Part shown: positions 17,146-25,421 of the stretch, piece after piece
How positions within the stretch are numbered: the stretch's first letter is position 1
How the letters are laid out: the number at the start of each line of letters is the position of its first letter
Assembly: GCF_000010625.1 (NCBI RefSeq)
Contig: NC_010296.1
Coordinates: forward strand, 4,770,001-4,802,000
Direction of reading: 5' to 3'
DNA from: Microcystis aeruginosa NIES-843
GTDB lineage: Bacteria; Cyanobacteriota; Cyanobacteriia; Cyanobacteriales; Microcystaceae
DNA: 32,000 bases
Notes under the pieces: generated by a model
Told to the model about the DNA's origin: nothing
The model's input: only the letters and a program-made list of their open reading frames with translations
The model's database searches: none
Translations under genes and position numbers: made by a program

Positions 17146-17183
17146 TTTGGTAATTATCCTTGATTTTTAGCTGTGGGATTTAA

Positions 17184-17651
17184 CTAATTTCGCTCTGGCA
17201 ACCAATGCCTATCAAGCATTTGTTCAAGGGAATAGGGACAATTTAGAGGAAAATTGTGAGGAGATATTTCAGTTTTTTGACCAACAATAAAAACGGCATC
17301 TTGATAGATTTTTTCTTGGTTATCTAGGAGATATTTTTCTAAATTTGTGCTTAAGTATCCATTTAGCTGAACTCTAAAAGTGGCTATTTCTCCTTGCCAA
17401 TGCCGATGATTTAATTCAAATTCTTTTGACCAATATTGCCACAGCAAAAGATGAATAATTATCTGTCTTAAAAAACTCTCAACTCGATTTTTATCCCGTT
17501 TGCTCAAAGCCTCCAACTCCTCGATTAAATGTTGAATATCCAACTCAGCTAGACGATTTGCCTTGAGAAGTTTAATTGTTTCAGTCAACCAGAGATGTTC
17601 ATCTTGTTCGTAGAGAAATTGTAACTGATTTAGCCAAGTATCTTTTTTCAT
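17184..17651 (-). CDS. DUF29-family protein (155 aa from the ATG at 17651)
   Basis: LYEQDEHLWLTETIKLLKANRLAELDIQHLIEELEALSKRDK... is the classic DUF29 N-terminus. The start at 17651 forms an ATGA overlap with the upstream stop. The track start at 17723 lies inside the upstream gene. Confidence 0.85.
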   Translation of the reverse strand: MKKDTWLNQLQFLYEQDEHLWLTETIKLLKANRLAELDIQHLIEELEALSKRDKNRVESFLRQIIIHLLLWQYWSKEFELNHRHWQGEIATFRVQLNGYLSTNLEKYLLDNQEKIYQDAVFIVGQKTEISPHNFPLNCPYSLEQMLDRHWLPERN

Positions 17652-19996
17652 ATTTTTTTGGCTGAGGAGACTTCTAAAACTGCTTTCGGGTAGGCAATGC
17701 GTTGATGGTGGAATTGTTGCCAAACTTGCACAAAAACCTCGGCAATAATTGGTAATTCCTCCTGACGAATACCACTATCTACTAATTGTTGATCGCGCCA
17801 TCGGGCCTGAAAAATCTTTTTAATCATATCCATAGCTTGTTCTGGGGAGGCCTCCTTCAGCGATCGCAAAGCGGCCTCACTACTATCGGCTAACATAACG
17901 ATCGCCGTTTCTCGCGATTGGGGAATCGGACCATCGTAGCGAAAGGCCGCCTCATCGACGAATTCTTGACCATTTTGGGCGGATTTTTGCAAAGCTTGCT
18001 GATAAAAATAGGAAATTAAGAGATTGCCTTGGTGTTCGGGAATAAAATCGCGGATCACTCGCGGTAAACCGTGTCTGCGGGCCATGACTAACCCTTCACT
18101 AACGTGCTTTTTAATAATCTCGGCGCTGACGTAGGGATCGTTAATTTCATCGTGTTTATTCGGGCCACCCATTTGATTTTCAATAAAACCGAGAGGATCG
18201 TGCATTTTCCCGATATCGTGATAGAGAGTTCCCGTGCGAATTAATTCCACATTACAGTGCAGTTTTCGGGCGGCCGCTTCAGCTAAACAGGCGACAAAAA
18301 GGGTATGTTGAAAAGTACCCGGTGCTTCCGTGGCCAAACGTTTGAGCAAACTACAATTAGGATTGGACAACTCCACCAGACGAATGGGAGTGACCACATC
18401 GAAACAGCGTTCCAAATAGGGGGATAATCCTAGGGCGATTACCGTCCAAGCTATCCCCGATAGACCATAGACGAGGGCCGTGGGTAGTAGAGTATAGATG
18501 ATCGTGCTGGCCGTGGCGCTAACGATTAGGTAAGTGAGCAGATAAACACCCCCTTGACTGACTCCGATTCCCATCCCTAGCAGCGATAATTCATCCCTAG
18601 AACGCAATTTTCCCGCTATCATAGCCGCTAATAGTCCCCCTATCGTCCCGGCGATTAAATCGGCGCTGATACCTTGGCTGCTGAATAGGGAAAGACCGGC
18701 AGTTAAGAGGACTTGGGTGACGGCCAGAGTCGGGCCGTAGAAACTGCTGACTAATAAACCCACGGCGGCCAGATTGGTAAAGGGAATATTGGCGATCGCT
18801 AGGATCGGTGTGGTAAAACTTAGTAAACCCAAGAGAATAAAATCCCGGTGACGCAGAGGCCGATGGAGACGTTGGGCAACGAGGCAAAAAGTCCCGATCG
18901 CGCTGGTGACAAGGATTGCCGTTGACCCTAAACCCATCCAGTTAATGCCCCGTTCGCTTAAACCAAAACCATCGATGAGAACAAACTGAGCTTGAGTAAT
19001 TTTTTCGCCTGCTTTAACGATAATTTGACCGGTTTGAGCGCTAGACATGACCGTATCTACCGCTTCCACCGCTTTAGTGGCTTGTTCTTTGGTTGCCTCC
19101 CGATCTTCTATCAGGTTCGCTTCTCCCTCCAGGGCTGCTAGAAGGATATTTTCGGCTAAAGACTGCTGGCGACTGGTTAGGCGATCGCTGCTAATCTGCA
19201 CGGCGATGGTATCCTGTAGGTGACTGGTGGAAATCCCCGGGGGAATGCCTTGCACCAAAATCCGGCGACCCGCTTGCAGGAGGGCTTTTTCTAGGTTTTG
19301 CCACTCTCGATCGCCCATTTGGGCCGCTGTGATCAGATCGGCGTATTTGAGTTTATTTAAGCTGGAATGCCGATAATTTTGGCTGGTTTGCTCCTTTATT
19401 TGCCGTAATTGCCCTAATCGATCGATAAATTGCTCAAAGCTTCCCTTCGTCACGCGCTGACGATAGGCTTGGATTTCGCTAACAGCATATTCCTGCTCTT
19501 TTGTCAAGAGGTTTGTAAAAGATTCTTCATAGTTGAGGCGGCTCTGTAGAGTTGACCATTGAGGGGCAGAAAAGGTGAGCAGCGTTTCCATTGTGGCGTT
19601 GGAAATATTTCTGCCCATTAAAATGGAATTTCTTCGCAAAATTGGGCTAATTTGACTTAATTGCCCTAAAGTGTCTCGCAGCGATCGCTCGATCTGGGCG
19701 GTGGTTTGGGGGTCTCTTTTCAGCCGGGGAAGCAGTCCAGCCCGAATTTTTTGGCGTTTGAGGGCGGTGGTTTCTTGGTCTTGAAAACGGGCATCTTCGG
19801 GGGCGATAATCGTAACGGGGGAAATAGTCCCGACGGCCAATTTCGGCTGATTATAGAAACGATAACCGACCACGCTAGTCAGACAACCGACGGTAAACAG
19901 GAAGATTAAGGGTCGTCGCAGTTTACCCAGGGAGTAAGAGCGAGATTTTCGGGCAGAATCAGGAAAAACAGTGAAAGAATGCAGAAAATGATTCAT
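17648..19996 (-). CDS. 7TM receptor-HD (HDIG) phosphohydrolase, PgpH-like (782 aa)
   Basis: Large extracytoplasmic N-terminal domain, a central block of ~7 hydrophobic helices, and a C-terminal HD domain (TLFVACLAE..., YHDIGK, HVSEG). Confidence 0.85.
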   Translation of the reverse strand: MNHFLHSFTVFPDSARKSRSYSLGKLRRPLIFLFTVGCLTSVVGYRFYNQPKLAVGTISPVTIIAPEDARFQDQETTALKRQKIRAGLLPRLKRDPQTTAQIERSLRDTLGQLSQISPILRRNSILMGRNISNATMETLLTFSAPQWSTLQSRLNYEESFTNLLTKEQEYAVSEIQAYRQRVTKGSFEQFIDRLGQLRQIKEQTSQNYRHSSLNKLKYADLITAAQMGDREWQNLEKALLQAGRRILVQGIPPGISTSHLQDTIAVQISSDRLTSRQQSLAENILLAALEGEANLIEDREATKEQATKAVEAVDTVMSSAQTGQIIVKAGEKITQAQFVLIDGFGLSERGINWMGLGSTAILVTSAIGTFCLVAQRLHRPLRHRDFILLGLLSFTTPILAIANIPFTNLAAVGLLVSSFYGPTLAVTQVLLTAGLSLFSSQGISADLIAGTIGGLLAAMIAGKLRSRDELSLLGMGIGVSQGGVYLLTYLIVSATASTIIYTLLPTALVYGLSGIAWTVIALGLSPYLERCFDVVTPIRLVELSNPNCSLLKRLATEAPGTFQHTLFVACLAEAAARKLHCNVELIRTGTLYHDIGKMHDPLGFIENQMGGPNKHDEINDPYVSAEIIKKHVSEGLVMARRHGLPRVIRDFIPEHQGNLLISYFYQQALQKSAQNGQEFVDEAAFRYDGPIPQSRETAIVMLADSSEAALRSLKEASPEQAMDMIKKIFQARWRDQQLVDSGIRQEELPIIAEVFVQVWQQFHHQRIAYPKAVLEVSSAKKI

Positions 19997-20160
19997 AAAT
20001 TCCAGCTAAATTCTATAAACTGCGCCACCATGCCCAGAGGAAAAATACCAGCAATTTGGTTTTGTGTTCCCTTTTCTATTTTAAGGACTCCCTGTGCAAA
20101 AAAATTTTTTCTCGAAAGGTAAGCTGCCCGGGCATTTAAATTGCTTGTTGAGATGAGGCA

Positions 20161-20224
20161 CTCATGCAAGAGGCAAAAGGGAAAAGAGGTAATAAATAAT
20201 CGGTTTTTAATAACCGGATTTAGG
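20161..20224. repeat. Dispersed ~60-bp repeat (CTCATGCARAGGCAA...ATAATCRGTTTTTAATAACYGGATTTAGG), copy 1
   Basis: Inverted-orientation copies lie at 26763-26820 and 31254-31309. Contains a hairpin, aatc(c)agtt-attaaaa-aactgatt. Confidence 0.75.
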
Positions 20225-20230
20225 ATTACA

Positions 20231-21652
20231 GGCTCTTCGTTACCCTTTATGCTAAATCAACAGACAAGATGCCAAGATAACATACTTCTAACCCAAAAAT
20301 TCCGAAAGTTTCTAAAGCCATAGCCTCTCCGTTTTATTAGTTTAAGTTTATTGTTGATTCCCTCGACCACCCCATTCGTTGTCCTTCGCTCGAAATAACT
20401 AATTATTTCTCCAAACCAGTTTCGGATTGTTTGACAACTCTTGGTAAAAACACTGGAGGATTTTGCCAACCATTCCGAGATGGATAGCAGTCCCTCTGTC
20501 GGATTCTTTGAGGTTTCATAAATCTTTCTTAATTCTTCCTTTAATTCCTGCATCTTTTTCAAATTTGGGAATTTTTCTTTGATAGCTTCTAGTTTAATTT
20601 TTTGGGGTTCCGTTAAATCTTCTTCATTTTTTAACAGGCTATATTTACTTCGCTTTAAAACTTCTAGCTTCGCTTCTTTTTCCGCTTTCTGTTTTTTATT
20701 TTTCTGCGCTTCTACGGCTCTTTTTTCCGCTCTTCTCTGTTCGTCTAACTCTTGATTAATTTGTTTCATGACATGGAATCTATCGGCGACTACCTCGGCC
20801 GATGGCATCAATTCTTTCACCAAATTTTTATAGGGCAACCAAAGGTCTATGCTCACTTCTTCAATTTGCTCTAACACCTCTTTTCCCCACCCAGTAAGCG
20901 TTTCCCTCAACTCTTCTTGTGTTCGCTTCTCTAGAATAGCTATTAGTTTTCCCGTATCTAAATTTACTAAAACCGCACAGTAATTTTTTTGTCCTTTGAC
21001 TAGAGCGATTTCATCAATTCCTAGTCTTTTTAATTCCGATAGGTCTGGCTCTGTAATTTCTTCGGCGATGTCCTCTATCATTCTTTGAATCTCTTCTTCC
21101 GTTACGTCATTTATTCGACTAACATTTAAAATATCTCCTTCTTTTAATTGTTCGAGTATATTTGCGGCTAGTCTTTTCGTATAGGTTCGTTTCTTGGCGA
21201 CAAAATCTAACTCTTCGCTCAAGGGTTTCTGACAATTATCGCACTTAAATTGACGACGATTAACTTGTAGGTATACTGGTTGACCTGAGATTGGTAAATC
21301 TTTGACTAAATGTCGATGATTTTGGTGGAGTTTATCGCTCTCTAACCCACAACGAGGACAGGTTGCTTTTTGATTTTTCGATTCGATTCGGCAAACTATA
21401 CCGATATTTTCTAGGTGTAGATAGCCTTGAATACAGGTTCCTTTTAGGTTCAAAAATTTGTCAAGTATCATAAGTAAAATAATCTCGTTTTTGGCTATTA
21501 TATCAAATCTTAACTCAATTGTCTATCTTTTGGTATTAACCTGTTTGTGCCTTAAGTCCTTCCCTGTATGGATTTCAGCTACTTTTGAGCGTAGGCGCTC
21601 TCATCGAATTTTATTTTAAGTTAATTATTTGCATAACAATTCCCGAAGAGCC
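20231..21652 (-). mobile_element. ISL3-family insertion sequence (1422 bp) with an 8-bp target-site duplication
   Basis: The ends are GGCTCTTCG... (20231) and ...CGAAGAGCC (21652), forming an imperfect ~24-bp IR. A perfect direct repeat GGATTACA lies at 20223-20230 and 21653-21660. Confidence 0.9.
20257..21471 (-). CDS. ISL3-family transposase (404 aa, intact)
   Basis: N-terminal zinc-finger pattern CPRCG...CDNC, a typical ISL3 body, and a ...INNKLKLIKRRGYGFRNFRNF C-terminus. Confidence 0.9.
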   Translation of the reverse strand: MILDKFLNLKGTCIQGYLHLENIGIVCRIESKNQKATCPRCGLESDKLHQNHRHLVKDLPISGQPVYLQVNRRQFKCDNCQKPLSEELDFVAKKRTYTKRLAANILEQLKEGDILNVSRINDVTEEEIQRMIEDIAEEITEPDLSELKRLGIDEIALVKGQKNYCAVLVNLDTGKLIAILEKRTQEELRETLTGWGKEVLEQIEEVSIDLWLPYKNLVKELMPSAEVVADRFHVMKQINQELDEQRRAEKRAVEAQKNKKQKAEKEAKLEVLKRSKYSLLKNEEDLTEPQKIKLEAIKEKFPNLKKMQELKEELRKIYETSKNPTEGLLSISEWLAKSSSVFTKSCQTIRNWFGEIISYFERRTTNGVVEGINNKLKLIKRRGYGFRNFRNFWVRSMLSWHLVC

Positions 21653-21690
21653 GGATTACAGGTGTATAACAGGTGTATAATAAATTTAAA

Positions 21691-21721
21691 CCCAAGGCAG
21701 AAAGCTTGGGCTTGTCTTTTT
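21691..21721 (+). terminator. Hairpin + T-tract between the ISL3 end and the exoprotein gene (terminator or leader structure)
   Basis: cccaag-gcagaaag-cttggg (21691-21710), then cttgtcttttt. A TATAAT box sits at 21676-21681, just upstream. Confidence 0.3.
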
Positions 21722-21788
21722 CCCTAACCATAAACAGAAGGAATTCAACACCCCCAAGTAATTGACCGATTAATTTTCGGAAAATGGG

Positions 21789-24533
21789 GTGTGCCTGCTG
21801 ATGAAGACAACACAAGTAAGTTCCGATTTATCTAGTACAGATATGTCATCTCTAGCCGATTTTTTGAGTTTTGATGGAGCCTTCCCAATCACCTTTGATT
21901 TAACAGGTTCCGACGATTTAACTGTATCGAAGGAAACTTCTCCCTTAGGAGTCCTGAACTCTAACCCCTCCCCATCTATAGTCTCCTCGGAGGCTCCTAC
22001 GGTTTCAGCCTCCCCTGCCAACGATCGGACGGCGGTGAGCAACTTTGCCTCTAATACCTTTACACTGGCTGATTCCTTTCCAAGAACACTGATCTCATCT
22101 CAGCCGACTCATGATCAACAGGATGACGTTAGCAAGCTGTTCAGAGATGGGTGGATTGGTCAAGATCATTCCCCCCAGTTGTTTAGTAGTCTCCATGGGG
22201 GCGATTCAAAGGCTTCGGGTCCTTGCACCTGTTCGCAATGTAGCTTGCCTCCGGTCGATCCTCGACGGATTGTCCCTGAAGCTGAAACTCTCAACAAATT
22301 GCCCCTACCGTCCCTCGATCTGACTAAGACCTTTTCGCTAAACAGCTTGCCCGGGGCTAACCACACCATCTATCTTGACTTTAACGGCCACACCACTACA
22401 GGTACTCTTTGGAATACTGCCTTTGGGAAGAGCAGTATTGTTACTCCCACCTTTGATCTAGATGGTAGTCCCGCTTCCTTCAGTACCACTGAACTGGAGC
22501 GCATTCAATACATCTGGCAACGAGTCGTCGAGGATTTTAGCCCCTTTAATGTTAACGTCACCACCCAAGAACCCACCCTGGATCGTTTGATTAAGAGCGG
22601 CACTACAGATACGGCCTGGGGTGTGCGGGTCGCCATTGGCGGTAGCAGCTATGACTGGTTCGGTGCGGGTGCTGGCGGTGTTGCCTATGTAGGCTCCTTC
22701 AACTGGAATAGTGATACTCCCACCTTTGTTTTTAGCACCCAAACCTTGTCGGATGAAAAGTACACGGCTGAGGCCATCAGCCATGAAGTGGGTCATACCC
22801 TGGGACTCAAGCACGACGGCAGAACCACTCCTTCGGAAGCGTACTACCTCGGCCACGGTGCTGGGGAAACGGGCTGGGCTCCAATTATGGGAGCTGGCTA
22901 CTATCAGAATCTGACCCAGTGGAGTAAGGGGCAGTACCTGGCCGCCAATAACACCGAAGATGACCTGGCTATTATTACCACCCAAAATGGCTTTGGTTAC
23001 AGGGTCGATGACAAGGGTAATACTTTGGCGACAGCCAGCACTTTAACCGTCTTTGGAACGGCGGTAAGCTCCAGCGGTATTATCGAGCGTAACACCGATG
23101 TGGACTTCTTTAGCTTCACCACTGCGGCTGGGCCAATTAGTTTGACCGTAACCCCCTCTAATCGCGGTCCGAATCTGGACATTCTGGCGGAACTCTACAA
23201 TGCTTCGGGTGTGCTGGTGGCGAGCTCTAACCCAGCGGATTTCTTGGCTGCTTCCATTAGTGCCAACGTCGGCGCTGGCACCTACTACTTAAAGGTGGAT
23301 GGGGTTGGTAAGGGCGATCCTCTAGGTACGGGTTATACCGACTACGGTAGTTTGGGACAGTACGCTATCACTGGTAGTATTATCAGAGGAACAATCTCGA
23401 TCGCCAAAACCACCGATGGTAACGAAGCCGGTTCCGTGAGCAGTGTCTTTACCCTCACCCGCACCGGCGACCTCTCCAGTGCCTTAACCGTCAACTACAC
23501 CCTGGGGGGGACAGCGACTCCAGGTGTTGACTATACAGGCACTACTCCCAGCAGCGTCACCTTTGCGGCACTTTCCCCCACAGCTACCATCACTCTGCCC
23601 ACCAAGGATGACCTCTTGAGTGATCCCGGTGAAACCATCACCACCACAATTACTGCCCCGGTCGGCTACACTATTAGTGGCCCTGACAACGCTACGGCCA
23701 CCATTCTTGACAATGATGGTAACGCGGCCAATGACAACTTGGTCGGGACAGGCTTTGCCGATGCCCTGGCTGGAGTGGGAGGTAATGACACCCTTAGCGG
23801 TTTAGGAGGCAACGACACCCTCGATGGTGGGGCCGATAACGACACTTACCTCTTCAACACGGATCTGGTCTTGGGTAGCGATCTCCTCATTGATGCCCTT
23901 GGAACCGATACCCTCAACTTTGCGGCGACTACAACTAAAACCATCAACCTCAATCTCGGCAGTACCGCCGCCCAAACCGTCACCGCCGGGAATCTCACTC
24001 TCACCCTAGCTCGTGCCACTGCCTTTGAAAATGTTATTGGTGGTAGCCTCAACGACACCATTCTGGGCAATAGTCTGGTCAATTCCCTCACCGGTGGGGC
24101 CGGTAATGATAGCCTGACAGGTGGTCTTGGCAAAGATATCCTGACGGGAAGCGATGGATTGGATACTTTGAATTACAATTCTCTCGGTGAGTCGCTGCTG
24201 ACTGGCTTTGATGTTATTCAAGGCTACAATGGCACAGGTGCTAGTCTTGATAGCATTAATGCCCCTGCGCCTATTGCACCAATCACTTTGACCGCATCGA
24301 AAGGGACAGCTAGTTCTTTAACCGAAGCGGCGATTCAGTTGGTCTTGACTAATGCGGCCTTTGCTGCTAACACTGCGGCGGCCTTTACACTAGACCCATT
24401 GGCAAATCCAAACTATGCAAATGATACTTTTATCGCTCTCAATAATGGAGTGGCCGGTTTCCAAGCCGCTAATGATGCGATCATTCAACTGAGTGGTTAC
24501 AAGATTGCTGTCGCACCAGTGCTAGTGATCTAG
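21789..24533 (+). CDS. Large secreted metzincin metalloprotease with PPC, Calx-beta and RTX Ca-binding repeats (about 910 aa; start uncertain, alternative ATG at 21801)
   Basis: HEVGHTLGLKHD (HExxHxxGxxH, 22782-22817). Pre-peptidase-C-terminal-like DVDFFSFTTAAG...YYLKVDG. Calx-beta-like TVNYTLGGTATPGVDYTG...ATATILDND. GGxGxD nonapeptides (GVGGNDTLSGLGGNDTLDGGADNDTY, GGAGNDSLTGGLGKDIL). No N-terminal signal peptide, consistent with type I secretion. Confidence 0.8.
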   Translation: MCLLMKTTQVSSDLSSTDMSSLADFLSFDGAFPITFDLTGSDDLTVSKETSPLGVLNSNPSPSIVSSEAPTVSASPANDRTAVSNFASNTFTLADSFPRTLISSQPTHDQQDDVSKLFRDGWIGQDHSPQLFSSLHGGDSKASGPCTCSQCSLPPVDPRRIVPEAETLNKLPLPSLDLTKTFSLNSLPGANHTIYLDFNGHTTTGTLWNTAFGKSSIVTPTFDLDGSPASFSTTELERIQYIWQRVVEDFSPFNVNVTTQEPTLDRLIKSGTTDTAWGVRVAIGGSSYDWFGAGAGGVAYVGSFNWNSDTPTFVFSTQTLSDEKYTAEAISHEVGHTLGLKHDGRTTPSEAYYLGHGAGETGWAPIMGAGYYQNLTQWSKGQYLAANNTEDDLAIITTQNGFGYRVDDKGNTLATASTLTVFGTAVSSSGIIERNTDVDFFSFTTAAGPISLTVTPSNRGPNLDILAELYNASGVLVASSNPADFLAASISANVGAGTYYLKVDGVGKGDPLGTGYTDYGSLGQYAITGSIIRGTISIAKTTDGNEAGSVSSVFTLTRTGDLSSALTVNYTLGGTATPGVDYTGTTPSSVTFAALSPTATITLPTKDDLLSDPGETITTTITAPVGYTISGPDNATATILDNDGNAANDNLVGTGFADALAGVGGNDTLSGLGGNDTLDGGADNDTYLFNTDLVLGSDLLIDALGTDTLNFAATTTKTINLNLGSTAAQTVTAGNLTLTLARATAFENVIGGSLNDTILGNSLVNSLTGGAGNDSLTGGLGKDILTGSDGLDTLNYNSLGESLLTGFDVIQGYNGTGASLDSINAPAPIAPITLTASKGTASSLTEAAIQLVLTNAAFAANTAAAFTLDPLANPNYANDTFIALNNGVAGFQAANDAIIQLSGYKIAVAPVLVI

Positions 24534-24558
24534 ATTGAGAGATCATTCAAGTTTGCAG

Positions 24559-24584
24559 GCAGTAGGAGACTCTTCTCCTACTGC
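24559..24584 (+). terminator. Strong hairpin 26 nt after the exoprotein stop (no U-tract)
   Basis: Perfect 11-bp stem gcagtaggaga / tctcctactgc with loop ctct. Confidence 0.4.
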
Positions 24585-25124
24585 GACTAGGGGTCTTTCA
24601 AAGCATAAGCTTCCTGTTGTTGTTCTGCGAAGCCTAAGAGGGGGGTGATTCGGTAGTAGTGATGGGGGCTTAATCCTTTGCTTTGCTGTGCATTGTAGTC
24701 ATCGATAACTGAACTTCCACCCTATGAATATACTGGCTATGGCTAAAAGTCTTACAGAGCCTGATTTAAAGCAATGTAATACTAATAAACTACTGGCTAC
24801 AAACTCCTGAAATCTTTACGCAGATAGGGTTTGAGGCAAAAATTTTCAAATTTGACCCTTCGACCATTATAGCTTGTTTCCAGGCAGAAAACCAGCAAAA
24901 ACATGGCTACAGAGGGAATCGCTGACTCTAGAGATTAATCACACCATCTGTTATAATAAGGTTAGCGATCACTATACAGCCAACTCTACGGAATCGCTCT
25001 ACTCCAGATACAGTCAACGGTACAGACATTTTCAAGCGAAAAATGTACCCAGTAGCCTCTTTTCAATTTTTTCTGAGACGCTCCCTAAGGGTTTTGTTGA
25101 TTTTTTAGTATTTATGTAGGACTT

Positions 25125-25269
25125 GCTGAATAAATCTAAAAACCTTATTGGGTAAGACCTTTAGACTTTTTGTCAATCAAAAAGTACCAGATATGGGAGT
25201 GATCGGGGCGAAATTTAGGCACTTTTTCCCTGAAAATTAGGTAATTGGCCACCTCAAAACTGGTAAAAC
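25125..25269. repeat. 145-bp dispersed repeat, copy 2
   Basis: Aligns to 11561-11705 and is likewise followed directly by a C-rich heptamer array. Confidence 0.9.
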
Positions 25270-25270
25270 T

Positions 25271-25315
25271 CTACACCCTACACCCCACACCCCACACCCC
25301 ACACCCTGCCCCCAC
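25271..25315. repeat. C-rich heptamer array (CCCCACA-like)
   Basis: ctacaccctacaccccacaccccacaccccacaccctgcccccac. Confidence 0.85.
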
Positions 25316-25384
25316 GAACAACTTTTTCAGCAAACCCTATGTATGGGGGAAGTCCAGGTATTACATGAGACTGGACCAAAACGA

Positions 25385-25411
25385 GGGTGAGTTAGTTAAG
25401 ATAACTCACCC
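25385..25411 (-). terminator. Hairpin downstream of ndhH
   Basis: 10-bp stem gggtgagtta / taactcaccc with a 7-nt loop, followed on minus by TCGTTTTGG. It starts 11 nt after the ndhH stop. Confidence 0.45.
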
Positions 25412-25421
25412 TGAAAGAGAT

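Noticed and set aside
22111-24221. Nine ORFs of 61-175 aa in alternative frames and on the opposite strand within the exoprotein gene (e.g. 22458-22985 minus).
   Set aside because: All are nested in a 914-aa ORF with clear domain content. Their products are low-complexity with Arg/Pro/Ser-rich composition, typical of off-frame translation of GC-richer DNA.
24587-24725. The minus strand reads ...VIDDYNAQQSKGLSPHHYYRITPLLGFAEQQQEAYALKDP*, reminiscent of the C-terminus of an integrase-core (IS3-like ...YN..R....L.GLSP..YR) transposase.
   Set aside because: There are only ~45 codons after an in-frame stop, no upstream catalytic region and no inverted repeats. It is at best an unverifiable relic.
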